A stretch of DNA of 48,697 nucleotides from assembly GCA_050230475.1 (NCBI GenBank), contig JBFLGF010000061.1, positions 62,001-110,697 on the forward strand, read 5' to 3'. This DNA is from Ancylonema sp. (taxonomy: Eukaryota). Of the stretch, positions 38,183-48,697 are shown one piece after another (position 1 is the first letter of the stretch; each line of letters begins with the position of its first letter). Position numbers and translations under genes: made by a program. The notes under the pieces are model-generated. The model was not told the origin of the DNA and ran no database searches. It worked only from the letters and a program-made list of their open reading frames with translations.

Positions 38183-38354
38183 AATATGTATGTTGGTGTG
38201 TACACTTAAATTCAGTTCATTTATTGGGCAACATTCTGCGTACACCAGAATGTGTATGTTGGTGTGTACACTTAAACACAGTTCAATTTATTGGGCAACA
38301 TTCTGCGTACACCTGAATGTGTATGTTGGTGTGTACACTTAAATACAGTTCATT
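38183..38354. repeat. ~66-bp tandem repeat, about 2.5 copies, between the Harbinger genes
   Basis: Unit TGTATGTTGGTGTGTACACTTAAA..CAGTTCA.TTATTGGGCAACATTCTGCGTACACC.GAA. Confidence 0.9.
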
Positions 38355-39724
38355 CTATTTTGCAACATAATTATAAATGCACCTATACACACAATATGCA
38401 AGAAATTGAGACTATGACAGTACATACACATGTACACATCAACTTCATAAGAAAATTGGCACACAACATCATTGCCAAAGTTATGCAACTCATCATCCCT
38501 TCCAACGCCTCCTATCTTTTGCATCACAAAATAACCTGCTACCGGGGTCGCACTCCTCTTCTTCAATAGATGGATAGATACGTCTCCAATTACCCTGTAC
38601 CACATTCAGATCAATTGGTGTGCCACACCACGGAATCCTGACCTCGGAAATCTTCATAGTCTGCGGCAACATGGAAACAAAAAGGTAGTTAAATATAAGC
38701 AATATACAAGATAGCGTCGGTGATCGTACCGTGTGCGCATACTACTCCATTCAGAAACCAGAAGGGCGTGCAATGTCCGCCGGCCACCTCCCGATGCCGA
38801 TTCCGGTCCAATTACATCTCTACGCTCCTGTCCCCTCAACTTCTCCCGCCTCCACTCCCCTCACTTCTCCTCCTCCCGTTCCTTCTCCCCCCACAATTGG
38901 CCCCGCAACTCCCACCCTCACCTCCACCCGCGGACCTGTGTGTTCCCGCTGGCCTTGACCATCTGCGTCGCGTAAAAGACGGCCCCGCCGTAGGCCTCCT
39001 CATAGGAACTTCAGGAACTTCACTTCCTCCACCCCTACCCCTCTCCCCTACTCCACGGCCTCCTCCTCCTCCCCTCGAAGGTACTCCTCCTACGCCCCGA
39101 TGGCGTTTACGATCCCCATCCTCTTCCTCCGAAGAGTCGGAGACTCTCAGATTCCCTGCCCTCACTCTCCCCCTGAACCCAGTCCCCCCCCTTCCCCCCC
39201 TCCCCCCTCCTCCCACAACTTCAACGACTTCTTGTCCCACCCCAACACCCCCAAACTCCTTGAAAAGCTCCTCAATTTCCCCATCTGGGGACCACACAGG
39301 CGTCAATCGTCCTCTGGCCTCCGCGACGATGACGAATAGGCGGACCCTCATTTCCCCTTGTCGATGAGCAGAGTTGCGTGGAGATTTTCCTGCGCCTCGA
39401 GTGTTGCCTCATCTCTGACACCATCACCCCTCTCCTGGACTGAGAGATCTCTTTCCCCCTCCCTTGCCATCCTCCCAGTCTCCATAGCAAAATCCGACGC
39501 GACGATGTGACGCTCCAAGGCCCTCCACGCCCTATGGTGGGTCACAAGCTGGTAACGCCATGAGCCCCAAGCCAGCCATCGAAAAGCTTCACAGATGAGT
39601 TACATCTGCATTAAAACAAACGAAACCCGAGTAAGATACAGTTAATTATGTCTATCTTTCAATTAAATTAGGATGGCATTCACACGGCATTCTCCATTAC
39701 AAAGTCTTTTGAGTTTGGATGTTT

Positions 39725-41038
39725 TTAATAATCATTTTTCCACCGACAGTTTACAGTTTTCTCAGTTGACCTCAGTGTCGGAAGCTTCCGGAGACTGACT
39801 TTAACCCACTCCTCTCCCTCTGCTAACCAAGGTATAGAGACACTCTCTACACCATGTTCTAAGTCTATGGCATTTTCCATATCCTCACGTTGGGTTCTAA
39901 ACCGAACCCTGTCATCATTTTCATCGTACATCTCCACATCAACATCAGCATTCAGATCTAAAACGGCAACGACTGCACGTTCCATCACGTTATCTGCATC
40001 TGCCACAAAAACCGGGCTGCCACCCTCAGACCCCTCCACCCCAAGCCTCCGCCTTGTTGCATCCTCCTATACAGGAGTCGGTGCATCACAAGCAACTTGT
40101 GGTGCTAGTGCAGCGGCCTGTCTTGCGACCTCTTCTGCCCTCTCTGCATCAACCTTCTGTTCTTTTATAAGAGCCCGCCTCTCAAAAATACGTTCATGAA
40201 TGTACTTCACCTTGTACTCCTCCATGCCTGTCAGATCCATCATGATTATGTCATCATCCTATTTCTCTCTCTGTACCTGTATCTTCTCCATCTCAACAGC
40301 CTGTCTACTCTGCTCTACCTGAACTGCCAACAAGTTTATCCTTGCCCTCTCTTGAAACTTAGTAATATCTGCAGATATAATTGCCTCTTTGGCAGCAACG
40401 GCTGCAGTGATGACTACCAGATCTTTCTCTAATCTCCTAGCCTTTTTCTGTCCCGGTACCTTGCCACCTGGACCCTCATTTTCACTGTCGCTAGTCCTAA
40501 GTTTTACAGTGGGTTTTGCAGGAGTAGTCCGCGTTTTCTTCTTCCCATCCCCTTTGGCATGCTGATTTAGGTCCCTAAGCCACTTGGGCTTGTCCTTGAG
40601 AAAATCATAAGCTGTCTCAAACTTGAATTCGGATTGTTGTCTTGCCAGGTAGTACTTCCTTGCATCCACCCTGAAATCTTCTGCAGTCGCCCCAGATCGG
40701 CGGTACGTATGCGTTGCCAGGATATCGCATGCTAAGAAACGACAGACTTCCCTATTCATCGCCTGCCATTTATTTTTACATGCCTTACCGATACGGAGCT
40801 TATACACTGTCCCTTTTTCTCGGTTTGGCTATTGTCCCTCCCATACTCTTATAGAAATAATTATGACCCACCAAAACTTTCTCGAACAACCCAACTAGTC
40901 TCTGGCTGGATCCCCAGGTCCAGCGGAGTTGGCACTTACATGGTACCAGCCTTTACAGAGCGCCAAGGTCTGGAGGTCGTTCCACTGTTCACTTCCTCCG
41001 ACGGTGTGGGCTTTTGGAACCGCGCGGGCACGCACCAT
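39725..41038 (-). pseudogene. Harbinger accessory Myb/SANT-like (NAM-associated-type) protein, with frameshifts and in-frame stops; may continue through further exons to ~38.5 kb
   Basis: QWNDLQTLALCKGWYHVS, CKNKWQAMNREVCRF, RRSGATAEDF, FKFETAYDFLKDKPKW, PGQKKAR, IIMMDLTGM. Confidence 0.85.
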
Positions 41039-42779
41039 GAGAAAACTAAAATACGCAGAGCGTTGCAATCGCCTGAAGTAAGCTGTTGCAGAATCACCGC
41101 AACCCAACACCCCAACGTAACCTGAGAGGTGTACTGCGTTGGCGCGAAATGACTACAGTACAACTCACATTGCCGCACGAATATTCAGGCAATGTGATTG
41201 GGCAATTTAGGTCACTTGGGCACGAGTTGGGCAAGTTCTCGAGACCCAATTGAGGTACCGAGTTGGGTCTCGAGAACTTGCCCAAGTGGTGCCCAACTCG
41301 TCAGTTTCGGCGCAATTAGTTGGGCACCAGTTGGGTCTAGTTATAACTTTTACTTTCGAGACCCAACTCGTCATGAAATCGGGCGCAAATTGAAAATGAC
41401 GAGTTGGGCACTAGTTGGGTCTAGTTATAACTTATGCTCTTAGGCGAATTTGGCCGACTGATACCTACACATAATACATACAATTTACCTGTTGCAGCCA
41501 TTTCTCACAAGAAGCAACCCCGCAACCCTTTTGCAGCCCTTCTCCACCCCCCTACCCGGGTCGGGGGCTGGACCCGGACAGCCCCCCCCCCAACCCAGGG
41601 TGGGATGCTGGAAGGTGTTGGAAATTTATGAGAAATCGTGAAGATGGTCCTCTACTCTTGATGAAATCAAGCACCCGACTGAAGTACGCCAACCCGTTAT
41701 TACGTTATTTGACCGTATGCTTACTAGGTTGATTTGTAGAATATGAAACATCAATTAAGCTAAATGAACGTTTAGAAATTAAGAAGTTAAGAAAACCATT
41801 TGCGCATAAAGTTGACAATTAGGTGCAACACATTGCACATATAGTGCAAAATGTAGGTAGGCATTATGTTTGTGAAACGATCATTGCAACTTCTAGTGAG
41901 TTTGACAGTCGACGTGAATATTACAAGAATTGTTGATAAATAACTCATTCATTCATTGCACGTCAATTTTCGTATTGTGTATGCCGTGTTTAATCCCACG
42001 CGTGAAGTCAATCAGCACGAGCAAGTCTAAATGTCTTCGGGGTTGACTCGAGTAACATGAAGATTGTGAGTGCCACAATCCAACTTGGCTAATGATACAA
42101 CATATTGTATCACCAAGACTTGTTGGTGAGAACCAAATAATTCCAGTTCAAACATTTTCGAGATACTATACGACATTCATTTCTAGTATGCCATCCCAAG
42201 AATAACATCAATTGAAAAAGATGTATTCGAATGAACACATCTTTTCATCGAATATCTCATTTTGTAAGCACATACAATTCATTGTAGTCTTGTGTGGGTC
42301 CTTGACTACGATAAGAGTCTTGGCTTTTTTTTCCTAGTTGTCTCTTTTCTCGTTTGTGCATGCTGTGTACAAACGATATCATCCAAGGCACAAAAGTAAC
42401 GCAGACGGAGACGTTTTTGCTGATATTGAAAGGATACACTAACGTCAAATATACAACTACACAACCACATTTATAGCATCAATCGGAATACGCAAACTTT
42501 ACCGAATGGAATGAAGCTCATAGACCTAAAGTGTCTAAAGTATGCAAAATGTATTAAGGTATGCTTTCTTGCCACCCAATAAAGTTTGGTCTAAAATACA
42601 AATGGTTGCAAAATTGCAACATGGGAAACCCTTCCACCAGCACAGTTACACACCTAGCGATTGAAAGTTTGAGCATCACTTTTTCAACTTATCAAGTCCG
42701 CCGGGCATACTAAACGTACCCTATACCAAAATTACCTCATTACTTGGAAAATTCTGACTTGTTCCTTACATTCTTTCCT

Positions 42780-45058
42780 TCAGGTTTCTGAAGGGGGTAA
42801 GGTTTTGACAATGTTTCTCACTATATTTATAATTTCGTCATGATCAATGGTGATGTGTGTATCCCAAGTGCCATTTCCCCATAAAAGATAGTAACGGAGA
42901 CCACAAATATGAGTCATTAAGTGGTACACATCTGGGCCATAACCCACTGGTCGAACCTCAATCACTTCACCGTAGGAAGGCATGAAGATAATGTTTGCGA
43001 GTAATGCTCCGTGGGGGGAAATGAACAGTCTGGCTCTCTTTAAAAGAGCTTGCGTGTCCTCGAGTGAAAGATCTCCATAAAAAACCTACAACTCCACAAA
43101 ACCAAATATACAAAGAGGGCATGAAAACTACAACACCTTAAAAATGAAAACTGTATGAATAAAGGATGCCATGACAACGAAGAAACAGAGCAAGGAACAA
43201 AAACCAATTGTGGCAACAACTTGCCACTTGCTAGCGATCCAACAGTCGGGGGGGGGATACTGCTTGTCTATCGCATTTAGTTATTGAGAAAGAGCTTCCT
43301 CTTATATTATGTTTCCAAGTCGTCATGTCGATATCATCACACACAAACTGTCCTTAACAATGAATTGGATCCCGCGAGCGCAGTTATGAAATCATCCAAA
43401 TGGTTGCCTCCACCACACAAGAGTGATATTGAATCACATTGTAATGGTTCGCTTCGGAAATTCACCTCCGTTCGATTCCGAGGCAAAATTTTCGTTAGCT
43501 TTGCGAAAAGCTCATCTTGGCCCTCAATTTGTCGATCCCTTGCCCGTTGCCCTATCACAACCACCCACTCCTCCGGAATCAATTCCAATCCACCACCCCC
43601 TCCCTTCCTGCCGCTCTCCATTGGCGGCCCCATTGCATCTGATCGGGTGCTCGACAATCCCTTTGACCCGACTAGCACACCCTTTTTTTGGGTTGTAACT
43701 TCTTTTTGTGGAGAAAGCTGCGGTGTATTTTTAAATAAATATTTCGCCCTTATGTGTTGGATGAGTGCCGCACTGGGGCGGATGCATGGGGCCATGATAG
43801 GCAACAAAAGGCGTTTGGTAAAGAAAAGTTTATTTGGAGAGATTATTCTTGCGTTGAGGATGGTCGATTTCAAATCAATGAGAGCATACAAATGCAAGAA
43901 GGCTTCCTGTGCCCAACAACAAGAACAAGAAACGACAAATATTGGTGACTTTAGTGTGTGATTGTCTCTCTAGCAAGATTTCACACCATCGAAACCCTTG
44001 TGCGATTTGAAATATTGGGACAAACGAAAAGAATAAAAGCCAGCAAATAAAATTAAAGCCAACGAAATTGAGAGCAACACAAACAAAACAAACAAAAAAA
44101 AAAAAAAAAAAACGGTTTTTTTGATTTTGTAATTTTAAATATGGACACACTCACAAACACACACCCAAATATAGAAACAATCGAAATTATAATTGCAATC
44201 GCAATCTCAAAAAAAATAAAGAATATTAATTTAAAAGCATAATAATAATAAACATGATCAAAAATAATTATGCAAAAAAGAATGAGGATTCAAATAAATA
44301 ATAAGAATAACTTTAATGTAGAGGGATTTTATTTTTTAAAATAAACTATAGGACAAGTGTCAACACGAACACATAAGATTTAAACCGAAAATAAAATAAA
44401 AATCACTTCAATAAAAATGCGTTCAATAAAAAGGAGTCTTGTCATGAACAAGCATTCTAACAACATCCCAACCCCCCCCACCTGCAGCTCAGAAAATGCG
44501 ATGGGCATTCCAGGCCTAAGTTCGAGAAACGGTTTGAGGAGCAACAACGCAGGCATGGTCTCCATGAGGTCGTGGTAGAAGTTGCCTCCATGAGAATTGA
44601 TGACACAACTCATATCCTCGTAGTGATGTACACACGTATTGTTTGCTTCATACTTGTATGTGTCAAATGGAGACCTAGCAGAGAGAAGAGAGAGGAGAAG
44701 GAGACTAAGAGGTCTTCGATAACGAAAAAAATCGGGAGGCATGTACAACTGGAGCTCATTATTTACAACTATCAAGACATACCCCGATCATATTCAAAAC
44801 CGTTTTGCCACATTGCGGGCGACTGGTAGAAAGCTAGTACCTACCTCCTCTATGATCGAACGATGCCCATGATAGGACCCAAGGAATACCAAGATAAGAG
44901 TTGCTTTTTTATAGGTACGACTCACCCGCACCGACCAGGCCGATGATCATAGATATGATTTTCATCGAAGACCACGCCGTCCTCGTTGATAAACACATTC
45001 TCCAACACAATGACCTAACCAGGATGGCACAACAAGAAGGTTCTTATTGCGATCGTCG

Positions 45059-45100
<42 letters not shown>

Positions 45101-47174
45101 GCAAGGACAACATACTCAACTCCATCAACACATCAAAGAAACAGGCCGGCTACAAGGCATCAACTCTTGTCGATGTTAAATGAACAATTGGATACACACT
45201 TTATGGGATTAGTACATTCATTTTACACTCTAAGATAAGACGATTGAATATTCGCCGTTAGTCCATTATGCAAATACAAATGCGTGCTGATTGACCAAAG
45301 AGCCAAAAAAAAAAAAAAAAAATTAAAGGCTGGGGGTCGGAAGAGACAGACTTGGAAATAGAGGATGCGTATGTGAGCTGAACAAGTTGGTATTACAACA
45401 TCACCCTGGGATGCAATAAGTGAGCACTGACAGCCAATGAGAGGAGAGTATACCTGGCCGCTGAACTGCCCGATACTAGACAGAAAATGCTTCTCCTTGC
45501 CGTCGAACGGGCGTATTAGAGGGAGGTGTTGCAAGTCTTCTGCCCTTATATTCAAGGGGGGCGGCGATGTGATAACTTCCGGGTCTATTGCAAATTCATT
45601 GGAGCAAGCACCAATTCTTGTCGCAGTGGCAGGCAGACCGGATGTGCACCTGGCCACGTTGGGGCATGGGGGACCCTCGCATCGGATACCCTAAAAACGA
45701 ATCAGAATGGTAGCGAGGCAGGGCGGGCATCAATGGGATTTGAAACATGCTTCGGCTCTGAGGGCCTTACGTCTACGTTACTGTGGAAGTATTGACGGCA
45801 GAGATGTGGATGTCTGTCCGATATTCTTTCGTGTCGTGACAATCAGACCATACTACGTTTGCATCCTCGCTGCATTCGTGAAATGCATTTCAAGTCAGAT
45901 GCATTCCGGCCGCTGGATCTGTATTTCTGTGCGACGTAGACTTTTCGGAAGGCCTTGAGAGACGAGACATCCCCAAACCAATGAATAAATCGCTCCGTTG
46001 AAGTACCTGAAAGTAGCTGAGATCCACCTTCTTCATATCTTTCAGCAGGATGTCCTTGCCAGTCAGCTTTCCCAGCCTAGAGAATCCGTAGCTGCGGGGA
46101 ATCCCAGGCCGCCCCAGGTCCGCGTACTCCTCTTCCACGTCAATAACCAGAGGCACTGTTTCTTTTGCGATGAAACTTCCATTCGTGATAAGATGTTCAT
46201 CGCTTGTCGAGTTTCTTTCTTCTTTCAAATTCTGCTTCGTGATAAGTTGTCCATCTGTTGTCGAGTTTCTTGCTTCTTTCAAATTCTGCTTCGTGATAGG
46301 GTGTTCANATGCAATCGCAATCTCAAAAAAAATAAAGAATATTAATTTAAAAGCATAATAATAATAAACATGATCAAAAATAATTATGCAAAAAAGAATG
46401 AGGATTCAAATAAATAATAAGAATAACTTTAATGTAGAGGGATTTTATTTTTTAAAATAAACTATAGGACAAGTGTCAACACGAACACATAAGATTTAAA
46501 CCGAAAATAAAATAAAAATCACTTCAATAAAAATGCGTTCAATAAAAAGGAGTCTTGTCATGAACAAGCATTCTAACAACATCCCAACCCCCCCCACCTG
46601 CAGCTCAGAAAATGCGATGGGCATTCCAGGCCTAAGTTCGAGAAACGGTTTGAGGAGCAACAACGCAGGCATGGTCTCCATGAGGTCGTGGTAGAAGTTG
46701 CCTCCATGAGAATTGATGACACAACTCATATCCTCGTAGTGATGTACACACGTATTGTTTGCTTCATACTTGTATGTGTCAAATGGAGACCTAGCAGAGA
46801 GAAGAGAGAGGAGAAGGAGACTAAGAGGTCTTCGATAACGAAAAAAATCGGGAGGCATGTACAACTGGAGCTCATTATTTACAACTATCAAGACATACCC
46901 CGATCATATTCAAAACCGTTTTGCCACATTGCGGGCGACTGGTAGAAAGCTAGTACCTACCTCCTCTATGATCGAACGATGCCCATGATAGGACCCAAGG
47001 AATACCAAGATAAGAGTTGCTTTTTTATAGGTACGACTCACCCGCACCGACCAGGCCGATGATCATAGATATGATTTTCATCGAAGACCACGCCGTCCTC
47101 GTTGATAAACACATTCTCCAACACAATGACCTAACCAGGATGGCACAACAAGAAGGTTCTTATTGCGATCGTCG

Positions 47175-47216
<42 letters not shown>

Positions 47217-48487
47217 GCAAGGACAACATACTCAACTCCATCAACACATCAAAGAAACAGGCCGGCTACAAGGCATCAACTCTTGTCGATGTTAAATGAA
47301 CAATTGGATACACACTTTATGGGATTAGTACATTCATTTTACACTCTAAGATAAGACGATTGAATATTCGCCGTTAGTCCATTATGCAAATACAAATGCG
47401 TGCTGATTGACCAAAGAGCCAAAAAAAAAAAAAAAAAATTAAAGGCTGGGGGTCGGAAGAGACAGACTTGGAAATAGAGGATGCGTATGTGAGCTGAACA
47501 AGTTGGTATTACAACATCACCCTGGGATGCAATAAGTGAGCACTGACAGCCAATGAGAGGAGAGTATACCTGGCCGCTGAACTGCCCGATACTAGACAGA
47601 AAATGCTTCTCCTTGCCGTCGAACGGGCGTATTAGAGGGAGGTGTTGCAAGTCTTCTGCCCTTATATTCAAGGGGGGCGGCGATGTGATAACTTCCGGGT
47701 CTATTGCAAATTCATTGGAGCAAGCACCAATTCTTGTCGCAGTGGCAGGCAGACCGGATGTGCACCTGGGCCACGTTGGGGCATGGGGGACCCTCGCATC
47801 GGATACCCTAAAAACGAATCAGAATGGTAGCGAGGCAGGGCGGGGCATCAATGGGATTTGAAACATGCTTCGGCTCTGAGGGCCTTACGTCTACGTTACT
47901 GTGGAAGTATTGACGGCAGAGATGTGGATGTCTGTCCGATATTCTTTCGTGTCGTGACAATCAGACCATACTACGTTTGCATCCTCGCTGCATTCGTGAA
48001 ATGCATTTCAAGTCAGATGCATTCCGGCCGCTGGATCTGTATTTCTGTGCGACGTAGACTTTTCGGAAGGCCTTGAGAGACGAGACATCCCCAAACCAAT
48101 GAATAAATCGCTCCGTTGAAGTACCTGAAAGTAGCTGAGATCCACCTTCTTCATATCTTTCAGCAGGATGTCCTTGCCAGTCAGCTTTCCCAGCCTAGAG
48201 AATCCGTAGCTGCGGGGAATCCCAGGCCGCCCCAGGTCCGCGTACTCCTCTTCCACGTCAATAACCAGAGGCACTGTTTCTTTTGCGATGAAACTTCCAT
48301 TCGTGATAAGATGTTCATCGCTTGTCGAGTTTCTTTCTTCTTTCAAATTCTGCCTCAACGAAGCGCAAGTTATCAAGAGCACATCACTATCCAGCCCTAG
48401 TGACAGCGACCACACAAACACAACAAACAGTAGCAAACCACCACCAAGCAGCAGCAGATTTTGATGACGCCATGCCCGTACGCTCAT
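42780..48487 (-). CDS. GT61/DUF563-like glycosyltransferase, type II membrane protein, multi-exon; middle exons appear twice around the N at 46308
   Basis: N-terminal TM (LLLLGGGLLLFVVFVWSLSLGL), HGGNFYHDLMETMP, C-terminal SPHGALLANIIFMP..VIEV..Y..M..ICGLRY. Confidence 0.7.
44194..48353. repeat. Near-identical 2.04-kb direct duplication (44194-46235 and 46310-48353) flanking an N; likely unmerged contig overlap
   Basis: Offset 2116-2118 bp; the differences noticed are single-G homopolymer indels; junction at N 46308. Confidence 0.85.
46182..46307 (-). repeat. 54-bp (18-aa) coding tandem repeat in the glycosyltransferase stem region
   Basis: Units QNLKEERNSTSDEHLIT / QNLKEARNSTTDGQLITK; at least 2.3 copies up to the N, only one in the downstream duplicate. 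Confidence 0.85.
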
Positions 48488-48697
48488 TGCGGAACCCCCG
48501 CATGAATCAGTGGTGACTTGGAAGGGTGCTGCCGTCCTCAACGACCCTCACACGTTGACGGACATCCAGGTTTCAGTTCAGAAGACAGAGCAGGTCGTGG
48601 CAGGTCAAAACACAAATTACCTTGAGCTTTCACTGAACTGGATTGAAAACTCACTTCGCCTGCACGGCAAGGCATGCACAGCCGGCATAACGACATA

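Larger units (their letters stand above)
34947..41439. mobile_element. Full-length, decayed PIF/Harbinger DNA transposon
   Basis: 43-bp TIRs GAGCATAAGTT(G/A)TAACTAGACCCAACT(G/A)GTGCCCAACTCGTCA, TSD TTA (34944-34946, 41440-41442), convergent transposase and Myb/SANT genes, subterminal CCCAACT repeats. Confidence 0.95.
33621..41509 (-). mobile_element. Solo LTR related to LTR 1, split into 33621-34337 and 41443-41509 by Harbinger insertions
   Basis: TGTGG...CTCACA termini, near-TSD GGAAG/AGAAG; shared blocks with 14897-15449 (CAACA.CGGAGAAGAA.TGT, CCCTAGATAC..ACGATCAATCTAAA, TGTTGCAG...CTCACA). Confidence 0.65.

Noticed and set aside
38183..38354. CRISPR-like array
   Set aside because: Units are repeated in full with no unique spacers; eukaryotic context with no cas genes.
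38720..39367. Pro-rich 215-aa plus-strand ORF
   Set aside because: Antisense reading of a G-rich low-complexity stretch on the Harbinger accessory-gene strand.
44194..48353. True tandem duplication of glycosyltransferase exons
   Set aside because: The copies are nearly identical including introns, differ by homopolymer indels and abut an N beside a tandem repeat, typical of an unmerged overlap. Read depth would decide.

Overview
Eukaryotic, intron-rich genomic DNA, most likely from a green plant-lineage alga (inferred from gene content; streptophyte-like). Host genes: pyrroline-5-carboxylate reductase (+), Kdo transferase (-), mitochondrial-type ribosomal protein uL13 (+), a GT4 glycosyltransferase (+), CRIPT (-), a CobW/COG0523 GTPase (-, 5' end lost in an N gap), a bestrophin-like channel (-, 3' half lost in the same gap) and a GT61-like glycosyltransferase (-, partly duplicated across a second N gap). 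The standout structure is a 6.9-kb palindrome (9228-16161) with ~3.09-kb arms. An intron-containing, decayed CryptonF/Ndc10-type tyrosine-recombinase gene runs from its right arm into the 749-bp spacer, so it looks like a fold-back Crypton made of two 5' ends. Each arm carries three solo LTRs. Bases ~31.9-41.5 kb are a nested TE stack: Harbinger-type MITEs, a CRE-like LINE 3' end, and a solo LTR split by a MITE plus a full-length PIF/Harbinger whose transposase is itself interrupted. All family assignments come from motif recognition by eye, not database searches.
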